DNA of 64,000 nucleotides from Raja brachyura (lineage: Eukaryota). The notes beneath the pieces are model-generated. The model did not search any database and was not told where the DNA came from. It saw nothing but the letters and a program-made list of their open reading frames with translations. Shown in pieces: positions 47,029 to 59,156 of this stretch. Numbering within the stretch: position 1 is the first letter of the stretch; the number at the start of each line of letters is the position of its first letter. Where the stretch lies: NCBI GenBank assembly GCA_963514005.1, contig OY740798.1, positions 41,788,001 through 41,852,000 of the forward strand, read 5' to 3'. A program made the position numbers and the translations under genes.

Positions 47029-49709
47029 AGAAACATAGAAAATAGGTGCAGGAGTAGGCCATTCGGCCCTTCGAGCCTGCACCGCCATTCAATGTGATCA
47101 TGGCTGATCATCCAACTCAGTATGCCGTACCTGCCTTCTCTCCATACCCCCTGATCCCTTTAGCCACAAGTGCCACATCTAACGCCCTCTTAAATATAGC
47201 CAATGAACTGGCCTCAACTACCTTCTGTGGCAGAGAATTCCAGAGACTCACCACTCTCTGTGTAAAGAATGTTTTCCTCATTTCGGTCCTAAAGGAATTC
47301 CCCCTTATCCTTAGACTGTGACCCCTTGTTCTGGACTCCCCCAACATCGGGAACAATCTTCCAGCATCTAGCTTGTCCAACCCCTTAAGAATTTTGTAGG
47401 TTTCTATAAGATCCCCCCTCAATCTTCTAAATTCCATCGAGTACAAACCGAGTCTATCCAATCTTTCCTCATATGAAAGTCCTGACATCCCAGGAATCAG
47501 TCTGGTGAATCTTCTCTGTACCCCCTCTATGGCAAGGATGTCTTTCCTCAGATTTGGAGACCAAAACTGTACGCAGTACTCCAGGTGTGGCCTCACCAAA
47601 ACCCTGTACAACTGCAGTAGAACCTCCCTGCTCCTATACTCAAATCCTTTCGCTATGAATGCTAACATACCATTTGCTTTCTTCACTGCCTGCTGCACCT
47701 GCATGCCTACTTTCAATGACTGGTGTACCATGACACCCAGGTCTCGTTGCATCTCCCCCTTACCTAATCTGCCACCATTCAGATAATAGTCTACCCTCAT
47801 GTTTTTGCCACCAAAGTGGATAACCTCACATTTATCCACATTGTACTGCATCTGCCATGCATCTGCCCATTCACTCAGCCTATCCAAATCACCCTGCAGC
47901 CTCCAAGCATCCTCCTCACACCTAACTATACCCCGCAGCTTGGTATCATCTGCAAATTTGGAGATGTTGCATTGAATTCCCTCGTCCAAATCATTAATAT
48001 ATATTGTAAATAGCTGGGGTCCCAGCACTGAGCCTTGCGGCACCCCACTAGTCACTGCCTGCCATTCTGAAAAGGACCCGTTTACTCCTACCCTTTGCCT
48101 CCTGTCTGCTAGCCAGTTCTCTATCCACATCAATACTGAACCCCCAATACCGTGTGCTTTAAGTTTGTATGCTAATCTCTTATGCGGGACCTTGTCGAAA
48201 GCCTTCTGAAAGTCTAGATATAACACATCCACTGGTTCTCCCTTATCCACTCTACTAGTTACATCCTCGAAAAATTCTATCAGATTTGTCAGACATGATT
48301 TACCTTTCGTAAATCCATGCTGACTTTGTCCAATGATTTCACCACTTTCCAAATGCGCTGCTATCCCATCTTTAATAACTGACTCTAGCAGTTTCCCCAC
48401 TACCGATGTTAGACTAACTGGTCTGTAATTCCCCGCTTTCTCTCTCCCTCCTTTTTTAAAAAGTGGGGTTACATTAGCTACCCTCCAATCCTCAGGAACT
48501 ACTCCAGAATCTAAGGAATTTTGAAAAATTATCACTAATGCATCCACTATTTCTGTGGCTACCTCCTTGAGTACTCTGGGATGCAGACTATCTGGCCCTG
48601 GGGATTTATCGGCCTTCAATCCGTTCAATTTACCCAACACCACCTCCCGGCTAACCTGGATTTCACTCAGTTCCTCCATCTTATTTGACCCCCGTTCCAC
48701 TGCTATTTCCGGCAGATTATTTATGTCTTCCTTAGTGAAGACAGAACCAAAGTAGTTATTCAATTGGTCTGCCATGTCCTTGTTCCCCATGATCAATTCA
48801 CCTGTTTCTGACTGCAAGGGACCAACATTTGTTTTAACTAGTCTCTTTCTCTTTACATATCTATAAAAACTTTTGCAGTCAGTTTTTATGTTCCCTGCCA
48901 GTTTCCTTTCATAATCTATTTTCCCTTTCCTAATTAAGCCCTTTGTCCTCCTCTGCTGGATTCTGAATTTCTCCCAGTCCTCCGGTAGGCTGCTTTTTCT
49001 GGCAAATTTGTATGCCTCATCTTTTGTTTTTATACTATCCCTGATTTCCCTTGTTATCCATGGATGCACCACCTTCCCCGATTTATTCTTTTGCCAAACT
49101 GGTATGAACAACTTTTGTACTTCATCCATGCAGTCTTTAAATACCTTCCATTGCACATCCACTGTCAACCCTTTAAGAATCACCTGCCAGTCTATCTTGG
49201 CCAATTCACATCTCATACCTTCAAAGTTACCTTTGTTCAAGTTCAGAACCCTTGTTTCTGACTTAATTTTGTCACTCTCCATCCTAATGAAGAACTCAAC
49301 CATATTATGGTCACTCTTGCCCAAGGGGCCACGCACAACAAGACTGCTAACTAACCCTTCCTCATTACTCAATACCCAGTCTAGAATAGCCTGCTCTCTC
49401 GTTGGTTCCTCCACATGTTGGTTGAGAAAACTATCCCGCATACATTCCAGGAAATCCTCTTCCTCAGCACCCCTGCCAATTTGATTCACCCAATCTACAT
49501 GCAGATTGAAGTCACCCATTATAACCGTGTTACCCTTGTTGCACGCATTTCTAATTTCCTGTTTGATGCCATCCCCAACTCCAATACTACTGTTAGGTGG
49601 CCTGTACACAGTTCCCACTAGCGTTTTCTGCCCCTTAGAGTTTCGCAGCTCTACCCATATCGATTCCACATCCTCCACGCTAATGTCCTTCCTTTCTATT
49701 GCATTAATC
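47029..49709 (-). mobile_element. Young 5'-truncated CR1 LINE
   Basis: (TTTCTATG)-type tail; ATTAT duplicated at 47024-47028 and 49710-49714; uninterrupted ORF2. Confidence 0.95.
47117..49709 (-). CDS. CR1 ORF2 (partial APE endonuclease plus RT), open but 5'-truncated
   Basis: About 860 codons with no stop: VYRPPN, MGDFN, GKSDHN, NYRPVSLTS, LDFQKAFDKVPH, GVPQGSVLGP, KFADDTK. The listed start at 49720 lies in flanking DNA. Confidence 0.9.
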
Positions 49710-50899
49710 ATTATGCTCAATTAAGCATTCCCATGTTATTTCTGCTTCAAATAAAGTCACAAACTAAACATATTCACCAATCAAGACATGATATATACCA
49801 CAATGACATGCAGCAAAATTATAATACAGTATCTCAACACTTTTTACACATTGCAATTAATGCAATTTCTATTAGTTCTTTCCACTTCCAAACAAAAATG
49901 TGGTTGAATTATTCAGCATATGATCAACCTGTGTCAATAAATCGTGGACCATGGTCACATATATGCTTAACCATGCACACTACAGATTGATGCAAGCATT
50001 TTTTCTGTGAAGGACCGAAAATTACCATGCCATGGCCATAGCATGGGTCGTTATTGCTATTGGTACAGAAACACTCTCGCTTCCCACATCATTTATCCAT
50101 AACAAAATATACAGGTTGCAAGGACATTTCTAAAGGCATTTTTATGATAATAGCTGTTAAATCCGACTATACCCATCTGACAGGTTAAACATTACACTAA
50201 CTGACAAGAGATGGACAAAGGACATAACTGCAGCAATTTTTACTTGGTAATATGTTTAAAGGTGTCAAAACGCCACATTCTCAGAGATTCAGATTAGATG
50301 TACGTGTTGTGAACAGCAATGAAGATACCCAGTTTGTACGCACCAGATTAAAAAAAAAAGATTGATAAACGCTGTTTCCATCATCCCACTTCAGAATTAG
50401 CGTTAAAATTTCAACTGAAATATCTCCTGACCAAATTTGTGATGTATATGACCGACTGTAGAAGTAAAACCTGGATAAATCCGACGTATAGTTGTGAATG
50501 TTACTCATTAAATAACTACAGTACTGATACTCCATATTAAGAACATTGATTTGCCATTCAAATGAATTCTGTAATAATGTGTCAACGGTAGCAGTGACAA
50601 TCAAACACTGCAGTTTTAATGTTTCACGTGTTCACAATTTAATTAATCTATCTTCATGGACTAAAACAAATAATAACATTGGGAATTAAAACACATTTGA
50701 TCGCATTCCATTATCAAACATAGTCAATGTTCGCTCTGAAGACATTTGCAGCATAATAGGGTCAGAGAGGGGGGGTGTGTGTGAATCAGTGCGGGGTGGA
50801 TAGATGGTGGGTGGGGGGGGGGTGGGGGGGGGGGGTTGAGAAGGCAATTGGTGCGGAATGGATGGATTGAGGCAGGTGAATTAGTACGTGTTGGTTGGA

Positions 50900-51560
50900 G
50901 TATGTCAGTGATGTTGAATGGGGGGGATCAGTATGGGATGGATGGGGGAGATCAGTACAGGATGAATGGGTGGATCAATACAGGATGCATGGGGATAGAC
51001 AAAAATGCTGGAGAAACTCAGCGGGTGAGGCAGCATCTATGGAGCAAAGGAAATGGGTAACGTTTCGGTTTGAGACCCTTCTTCATACTGTTCCCCCCAT
51101 TCTTCTTGAATGGGGGGATCAGTACAGGATGGATGGGGGGGGGGAATCAGCGCAGGATGAATGGGGGGGGGGTCAGTACAGTGTGGATCAGAGGGTCTGT
51201 GCAGAATGAATGGGTGATCACTACAGGATGAATGAGGGGATCAGTACAGGATGAATGGGAGCTTCAGTACAGGATGAATGGAGGGTTCAGTAAACGATGA
51301 ATGAGGGGATCAGTACAGGATGAATGGGTGGTTCAGTAAAAGATGAATGGGAAGATCACTACAGGGTGGATGGGTGGCTCAGCGCAGGGTAAATGGAGGG
51401 TGGGTCAGTACGAGATGAATGGGGGGGGTCAGTGCAGGATGAATGGGGGGATTGGCAGGAGAATCAATGCGAGGTGGATAGGGTGATCAGCGCAGGATGA
51501 ATAGATGGGGAGGAGAGCTCGGGATGTCAGTGAGGATTGAATAGAGGCGGGAATGGGGAT
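50900..51560. repeat. Degenerate ~23-bp minisatellite (GATCAGTACAGGATGAATGGGGG) inside the hAT element
   Basis: Repeated TCAGTACAGGATGAATG units, interrupted by a Penelope tail at ~50996-51090. Confidence 0.8.
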
Positions 51561-53090
51561 CAGTGCGGGATGGAGATGAGTGGTCTCAGGATAAGGGGGG
51601 TGGAGGGGGGCACACAAGAGAAAGAGAGAGGGGAAAGGGCAAAGGAGGTGGGGAGGAAGGAAGGTCAGTGCTCCTCCGAGAACATCCCCCGCTGCCTTGG
51701 CCATCCCTGTTCACCGCCAAGTGCCGCCGCCAAAGGGCGAGGTGGTTGGGATCTTCTTGCCACCGCCTCCCCTCCTCCGCCAGCCAACAGCAAGATGTGG
51801 GGCCGAGCGGTACAGCTCAAATATCCTATAGCTATAGGATCTTTGGTGCAGCTGCTTCAGATGGTGGAAGGAAACCTCGCCCTCCCTCCCTCCTCCCAGC
51901 CTCGGCGTGCAAGAGGGTTTGTTTTGAAAGCGGTTATCACCGTTTGTGGATTTGCAAGCAGCGGCCGCTATCAGGGTGGTCGGGGTGCGAGTGGAGGAAG
52001 CGGTGGAGGCACTGTCGCGTCCGCTGCTGCCGCGGTGCAGGGCCAGTCATTCGCTCCGACCCTTCATCACCACGCACCTAATATCTTTGTCCCGCACAAC
52101 AGCTGTTGCTGACACAAAACGTCACTTTCCTTTTCTCCAGAGATGCTGCCCGACCCGCTGAGTTACTCCAGTTTTTTGTGTCTATCTTCGGTATAAACCA
52201 GTGTCTGCAGTGCCAAGCCAGGCAAAATGACTCGGCGTTTAAATTGCCCAGCAGCACTTTGGGAGGTCATTGGCACCCGGGCAACTGCTATTTCGAGCCC
52301 TGTATGTGTGGTGAAGGTTATAAATGGCATGAATTAATAAGAGTTAATCTACACCCCTTTGAATACCATGGGAGGTTGGGAGGAGACGAGGTGATCAGGG
52401 GAGGGCAGCAGTAGTCAGGTTTGTGGCATGGAGACTGGGTCTGAGGTGCTATGGGGAAGGATGAAGTCCAGCAAAACAATAGTGATAGGAGATGCATTAG
52501 TTAGACTGGCAAACAAGAATTCTGTGGCAACAAACAAGACTCCAGGATGGTTGCCTCGGTGCCGGGGTCCAGGATGTTCCTAAGCGGCTGCTGAACATTC
52601 TCGAGGGGGAGCAGCTGGAGGTTGTTGCGCATATTGGCACAATTGACATGGGTAGAAAAAGGGATGAGATCCTGCGAGTGAATATAGAGAGTGAAGCAGA
52701 AGATTAAAAAGAGGGTAGCAATCTCCAGATTACTCGTAGTGCCATGTGCTAGCAAGGGTAGGAGTAAGAAGATGTGACAGATGAATGCATGGCTCAAGTG
52801 TTGTGGCAGCGATTCAGATTTTTTTTACACCATTAGGGCAGAGGTAAACTTTACAAGAGGCACCTGAACTGGAGGGGGACCAATTCCTTCCAGGGGAGGT
52901 TGCTTGTGCTACTTAGGAGGGCTCAAACAAGAAAGGCAGTGAAGATTGTGTGAACCAGAGTAGAAGGTCAGAAATTGAAAGGAATGATGGGAAGATAGAG
53001 GTCAGAACCAGTCAGTGTCAAAGGAAGAACAAATAAGGAGAAGTATAGGAATATGGTGTTGCTGATGAGCAGAAGTATGTTTATTTCAAT

Positions 53091-55896
53091 ATAATAATAA
53101 TTATATTGTCATTACACATAAGTGCAACGAGATTTGGTTTGCAACTTCGAGATTTCGGTTTGCAACCCCTGAGAACAAGGTTTGTAAAAACAAACATTTG
53201 ACCAGTAACATCAACATAGAGTAAAGTGCGAGGCCGGGGGAGACAGTCCATGGGGGTGGGGGGGGGGGGGTTACTCAGCAGGGCCGGTTCAGAGCCGCTA
53301 TAGCTCTGGGAATGAAGCTGTTCCCGAGTGTGGTAGTGCGGGCGTAGAAGGCCTTGTAACGTCTGGCGGAAGGGAGTAGTTCGAACAGTCCATTACAAGG
53401 GTGAGAGGAGTCTTTATGCATGCTGACGGCCTTCCTGAGGCACCATGTGTGGTAGATGCCCTCCAAGGCTGGTAGCGGTGTCCTAATAATCTGTTGCGCT
53501 CTGTGGACAACGCGCTAAAGAGCTCTCCTCTCCGCCTCCGTGCAGCTGAGATACCACACAGAGATGCCATACGTTAGTATGCTCTCTGTGGTGCAGCGGT
53601 AGAAGGTCATCAGCAGCTGTTGGGGCAGACCAGTCCGTTTCAATGTTCTTAGGAAGAACAGTCGTTGCTATGCCTTTTTGACCAGCTGGTGGACCATGTG
53701 AGGTCCTCTGAGATGTGAGTGCCCAGAAACTTGAAGCTGGACACTCTCTCCACACTGTCTCCGTAGATGGAGATTGGGGCGTATTTCCCATTCTGTGACC
53801 TCCTGAAGTCAATAATCAGCTCTTTGGTCTTGGAGGTGTTTAGTGACAAGTTGTTCCGTGAGCACCAGTCCACCAGGTTCTGCACCTCCGCTCTATAGTT
53901 TGTTTCATCACCGTTGGTGATCAGCCCGATCACCGTTGTGTCGTCTGCAAACTTGACAATGGTGTTGTTGTCAAATGCAGGGACACAGTCGTGGGTGAAG
54001 AGGGAGTAGAGCATGGGGCTCAGTACACAGCCCTGGTGTGTGCCGGTGCTCAAGGTGATAGTGGAGGACAGGTGCGGCCCCAGTCTCACTCCCTGCGGTC
54101 GCTCCATCAGAAAATTCAGGATCCAATCGCATATCAGTGAGCTGAGGCCTAGCTGGTGGTGTTTGGTGGTGAGCTTGGTGGGGATGACCGTATTGAAGGC
54201 AGAGCTATAGTCAATGAAGAGCATCCTCACATAGGTGCCCTGTCTTTCCAGATGGGTCAGGACAGTGTGAAGAGCCACAGAGATGGCATCCTCTGTGGAT
54301 CTATTTGCCCTGTATGCAAATTGATGGGAGTCCAATTGGATTTGATGTGGGAGAGGACCAGCCTTTCAAAGCACTTCATTGGTATTGGAGTTAGGGCAAC
54401 TGGGCGGTAGTCATCCAGGTTGGTGACTTTAGACTTTTTCGGCACCGGCACTATGGTAGCTGTCTTTAGGCACTTGGGGACCGTTGCCAGATATAGGGAC
54501 AGGTTGAAGATCCTCGTAAATACCTCCGCCAGCTGTACAGTCCTTTAGTACCCTACCCTGGACTCCATCCGGGCCTGCAGCCTTGCGTGGATTGATCCTA
54601 CGCAGAGAGCACTGTACCTCCTGGGTACTCAGTGTTAAGGCCTGTCCCTCCTCCATAGCTGGGGTTATTCCTCTCCTGGTGGTGTTGCCAGTTTCGAAGG
54701 GGGCAAAGAAGGTGTTTAATTCATTGGCCAGTGTGATATCACTGTGGGGGCAGACGGGGCTGTTCTTGTAGTCAGTGATGTCCCTGAAACCCTGCCACAT
54801 GCTTCTGGTGTCCGCGGTGTTGAAGTGGTCTTCCACCCTTTGCCTGTGGATGTCTTTGGCCTTTTTTATGCCTTTGTTCAGGTTTGACCTGGCAGCACTG
54901 TAGGCAGAAGTATCCCTGGATTTAAAGGCAATGTTGCGTGCGCTTAGCAGATTCTGAACTTCCTTGTTCATCTACGGTTTGCGGTTTGGCAACATCTTTA
55001 TTTCCTTGTCCGCTGTTACAAACTCCACACAGTAGTTGATGTAGGAGAGCACAGTGGATGTGTACTCCCCCAAGTCTACCTCTGTACCACTGGTAGCCTG
55101 TTGTGCAAACAGGTCCCAGTCGGTGCGATCGAAGCAGTCCTGGAGTTGTAGGGTGGCGTCCTCTGGTCATATTTTGACCGTCTTTATTGCAGGTTTGGTC
55201 TTGCGGATGAGGGGTTTGTATGCAGGCAGTAGAAACAGTGAGAAGTAATCGGATTTTCCCGGGGATGGGCAGGGGAGGGCTCTGTATACGTCCTTGATGT
55301 TGGTGTACACTTTATCCAGCGTGTTTGAGCCCCTGGTAGGGCACTGTACATGCTGGTGGAATTTGCGGAGTGCAGCTCGTAGGTCCACCTGGTTAAAGTC
55401 CCCTGCAACAATGAAAGCACCGTCGGGGTGAGCATCCTGCTGCTTGCTGATGGCCGAGTGCAGCTGTGCTAGCGCTAGGTTAGCAATAGCCTGTGGTGGG
55501 ATGTATATGGCCATGATGATAACCACAGTAAACTCCTGAGGCAGGTAAAATGGCCTACATTTAAGCAGTAGGTATTCCAGGTCTGGGGAACAGTAGCTCT
55601 CTACTGCAGTGTGGTTGGTGCACCAGTCCTTGTTGATATAGATGCAGAGCCCTCCGCCCTTGCTCTTACCGGAGTCCTTTGTTCTATCAGCACGATGCAG
55701 TGACCAGTTGGTTAGGTCAACAGCCCCGTCTGGAACCAGCGCGCTGAGCCAGGTCTCTGTGAAGATCAGCACACAGCAGCCTTTCAGGAATTGTTGGGTG
55801 TTGATCCAGAGCCTCACCTCATCCAGCTTGTTGGTGATATTCGCGAGAAAGACGCTTGGTAGCGATGGTCTTTGTGGGGCCTTCCATAGCCTGTCC
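53091..55896 (-). mobile_element. Rex1/Babar LINE, ~2.8 kb, frameshifted
   Basis: Endonuclease (FTETWL, GGGLCIY, AGDFN, TRGSNTLD); RT ([35 protein letters not shown]); (TTA)n tail; inserted in the CR1 endonuclease start. Confidence 0.9.
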
Positions 55897-56599
55897 ATGT
55901 AAGTGGTATTGTGGGGAAAGTAGATGACCTTAGTACCTGGGTGACTGCTTGGAACTATGATGTAGTCATTGTAGAAATGTGGTTGTGAGGGAAACAAGAC
56001 TGGCGGCTATATATTCTGGTGTTTTTAGATATGACTGAAAGGGAGGCAGGAGGTGGAGGAGTTGTGCTACTAATCGGTTAGACTGCCATGGCTGCACTTG
56101 GAGGGGACCTATTGGAGGGTTTGCCCACTGAGGCAATATGGGTTGAGCTTCGAAATAAGAATGATGCCAGCATTCTGGTGAGATTGTACTATAGTTGCTC
56201 CAATAGCAAATAGGCATTAGAGGAACAGATATGTAGACCAATTACCAAGATTCCAAAGCAATATGGATATCTCAGTATGTTTGCTGATTACATCAAAATT
56301 GTTGGGGCTGCAGGCAGTGAGGAAAGCTGTCAAAATATAGAGCATGATTAGCTACGGAAATGGGCAGAAAAATGGCAGATAGAGTTTAATCGGAGCAAGT
56401 GTGAGGTGTTGCACATTGGGAGGTCAAATGGGGAAAATATACAATTAATGGCATAATGTTTAACAACATTGATGTGCAGTGGGATGTTGGGCTCCAGATT
56501 ATAACTCTCTGAAAGTGGCAGCACAAGTAGATGGTGTGCTAAAAAAGCCTAGGGTATGCTTGTTTTCATAGATTGGGGCATTCAGTATAAGGGTCAGGA

Positions 56600-57440
56600 T
56601 CTAGGAACCAAGGTTCCCTTGGACTTTGCCTTTTGCCCAGCAGTCTCTGCATCCGACACATCGTCCGCTGACATTTCTGGCACCTGCAACAATCCCACTA
56701 CCCATCACGACTTCCATTCTTTACCCCTTTCATCCTTCTAAATGAACTACTCCACAACTCCTTGACTCACTCATCCCTTCCCACCCAAATCACCCCTGCC
56801 TGTGTACTTAAGCATACAACTGCAGGTGATGCAACACCTATCTCTATTCCTCTTCCCTCGCTTCCATCCAGGGCCCCTGATAGTCCATCAAAGTGAGATA
56901 GAGGTTCGCATGCACATCCTCCAACCTCATACTAGATCTGGTGCTCCCAATGTGGCTGCATGTACACTGGCGAGACCAAGCATAGACTTGGCAACTGCTT
57001 TGCCGAACACTTGAGCTCAGTCTATCTCGCCTGTGGGAACACCGCCTTGCTAACCATTTTAACTCCTACCCATTCCCATACCGAACCTTCTGTCCTGGGT
57101 CTCCGCAGGAGTGAGGCCACATACAAACTGGTGGAACAGCAGATCATATTCTGCTTGGCTGTGAATGGTGTGAACATTGAATTCTCAAATTTTAGGTAAC
57201 CTGTACAAAAGGCCCTTCCTCCACTCCTCCACTGAGTTCTAGTGTACCTTCCACCTTTCCTCTCCTCCTTTTTCACTGACATTCCTTCCCCATGCTACTC
57301 AATTCGCACCTTGTTAGTCCTCAGACTTCACAATGCTCATCTCTCTAATCCTTTTCTCTAATACCATGTGTGTTCATCTGTCCTCTGTCCAACCATCTGT
57401 CTATTGCCCTCCCCTTGCCTGTGTTCACCTATGACCTGCC
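56600..57440 (+). mobile_element. Penelope-like element 3' fragment (GIY-YIG endonuclease)
   Basis: ORF 56960..57199 YTGETKHRLGNCFAEHL...EQQIIF...GVNIEFSNF; a related tail lies at ~58000-58085. Confidence 0.8.
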
Positions 57441-58269
57441 ATGTTCCAAAGTAGTCAACAACATAATTGTCATGACATTGCCTTTATCAATATCTTGGGT
57501 GTTACCATGACTAAGACTTCGCAAGACCAGATACCAAAATGGGGTATAAGGTTTATTTGAGACTATATTTTCTCTGAATCACTCTCCTCCTGAATCCCTA
57601 AACCCAATCCCATCTATAATTTGTTATCAAGGTATGCCTGAACTTCCCTGAGAGTTTGTTGCTTCAATAGCACTTGCAATCATTATCTAGCACCAAGAAA
57701 ATCCATTGGATTAGTTTCCCACCACCAACTGACATATTCACTCTTTCTGCCATCAGCACATTCTCATTTCATTGTAACCCATGTCAAAAATGCCCTGCAA
57801 GAATTCATCAGGATTTTATCTAATCTCCACTGATGAGAGCGCATGGAAATGGAAGCTAAACTTAAAAATCTTTCATTTTCTTTATCACTGTGAAATTCTG
57901 ATAATCAAATAAAATTGACTGACTTTGATCATGGGGATCCCTTCGCCACATGAACTACAGTGATTCAGAAAGATGGTTAACCATCAATTTTTCATCATTG
58001 TGAAGGGTCCCATCTGAAACTTCCCTTATCCATGTTCTCCAAGGACGCCTGACCCACTGAGTTACTCCAGCACTTTGTGTTCCACTGTGAGTTTTTCATA
58101 AGCAATAGTTGTTGGCCTTGTCAATGACCGTGATTTTATTTTTTTAATAATTATTTTGTATATTATACAGAAAAGAGGTTCATCTGTAAATTGTGCCAAA
58201 TCTCTAATATTAACTCCCAGTAAAGACTGTTGACTTTGCCTACATGATTGCATTTTTTTAAAAATTCAG

Positions 58270-58492
58270 ATCCTGTTGGAATTCTCTTCATTTGCGATAA
58301 AAGAATTTGCAGCTTGCCTTGGTGATCATGTAGCAGTTTACGATGGTGCAAGTAAGCTTGCACAAATCCTTGTAAGACCAGCTTGTGGTGCAGAAAATCC
58401 AGCAGCTCTGTCATCACGTAATGAGTTACTTATTACATTCAGCTCGACCAGGAGATTACCAGCACGTGGTTTCAGTGCTAATTATAAATTTG
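58270..58492 (+). CDS. Astacin-CUB metalloprotease, CUB1 C-terminal exon
   Basis: ttcAG acceptor and GTAAT donor; phase 0 matches 32535. Encodes ILLEFSSFAIKEFAACLGDHVAVYDGASKLAQILVRPACGAENPAALSSRNELLITFSSTRRLPARGFSANYKF. Confidence 0.92.
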
Positions 58493-58593
58493 GTAATATT
58501 CTTAACGTGCATATATTTGTATTCTCAATTCAAATTATAGTTGTGTATCTTTAATTATAGATGGTAATCTTATTTTATACTATATTCTTCTAG

Positions 58594-58703
58594 TTGTGTG
58601 TGGATATATGATGAAAAGCAGAAAAGGAACTATTACCGGAACATCTAACCGCTTCAGGGACACGCACTGCTTTTGGGTCCTGCTCGCCAGAACAAATCGC
58701 CAG
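58594..58703 (+). CDS. Astacin-CUB metalloprotease, CUB2 N-terminal exon (divergent)
   Basis: ttcttctAG acceptor and CAG|GTCTGA donor; same phases as the CUB1 N-terminal exon. Encodes VVCGYMMKSRKGTITGTSNRFRDTHCFWVLLARTNRQ. Confidence 0.8.
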
Positions 58704-59156
58704 GTCTGAACCTAACTTACTGAAACATTTGATTTCAAAGAGCTCTTTTGCTAGGTGTGGCCATGGAGAAGGGTAATTTTACTTTGGAACAGATTTCAGA
58801 GGGCACTGTTTCCAACAAATTGATTTTCCATACACAGTGACAGCAGTATGCATTTCACTTGTTGATCCAAAAGAGAATTAACAAAGCCACAAATTAACAA
58901 AGTAATGGGTGAATTCTGTGAATTAATCAGCATTCTCAATTTTAACTGCCTACTTACCTGATTTTTTTTTTTTTAAATAGACAAATTTGATGCTTTCTAA
59001 CAAACGGAACACTTGTGTCTCACTCTCAGAAAAATTACAATTATTTTAAACGTGTTCAATTCCTGTAAATTATTTGTGTTCATGATGGGATTGGACCTGA
59101 ACATGTGTACTATGTCAGTAAGCACTGTCAAAAATGTTAATACTATGTCGGGAACA

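Larger units (their letters stand above)
46871..52302. mobile_element. Non-autonomous hAT-type DNA transposon with 5-bp TSD (hAT5-like)
   Basis: Ends CAGGGCTC..GAGCCCTG; flanks TTTGT and TATGT; the uninterrupted sister LTR has a single TATGT at 44194-44198. Confidence 0.75.
44015..52353 (-). mobile_element. Gypsy LTR retrotransposon, internally deleted (gag and protease absent)
   Basis: 3' LTR 44015-44244; 5' LTR 46715-46870 plus 52308-52353; CCCCT TSD at 44010-44014 and 52354-52358; PPT next to 44245. RT (MPFG..IVDKIL), RNase H and integrase (LVDSYSGW, SDNGPQ, NGLAERSV) remnants. Confidence 0.92.
43200..56600 (+). mobile_element. Old CR1 LINE hosting nested insertions
   Basis: ORF1 remnants at 43343-44014 and 52359-53090; the endonuclease start resumes at 55899 (YFN/VSGIVGKVDDL..W.YDVV); RT remnants run to ~56600. 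Confidence 0.75.

Noticed and set aside
50900-51560. Regularly spaced short repeats superficially like a CRISPR array
   Set aside because: Units are adjacent and degenerate with no unique spacers; eukaryotic context, no cas genes; it is a minisatellite.
51537-52112. GC-rich 191-aa and 172-aa ORFs
   Set aside because: Inside the hAT subterminal region, with no recognisable domain or splice signals.
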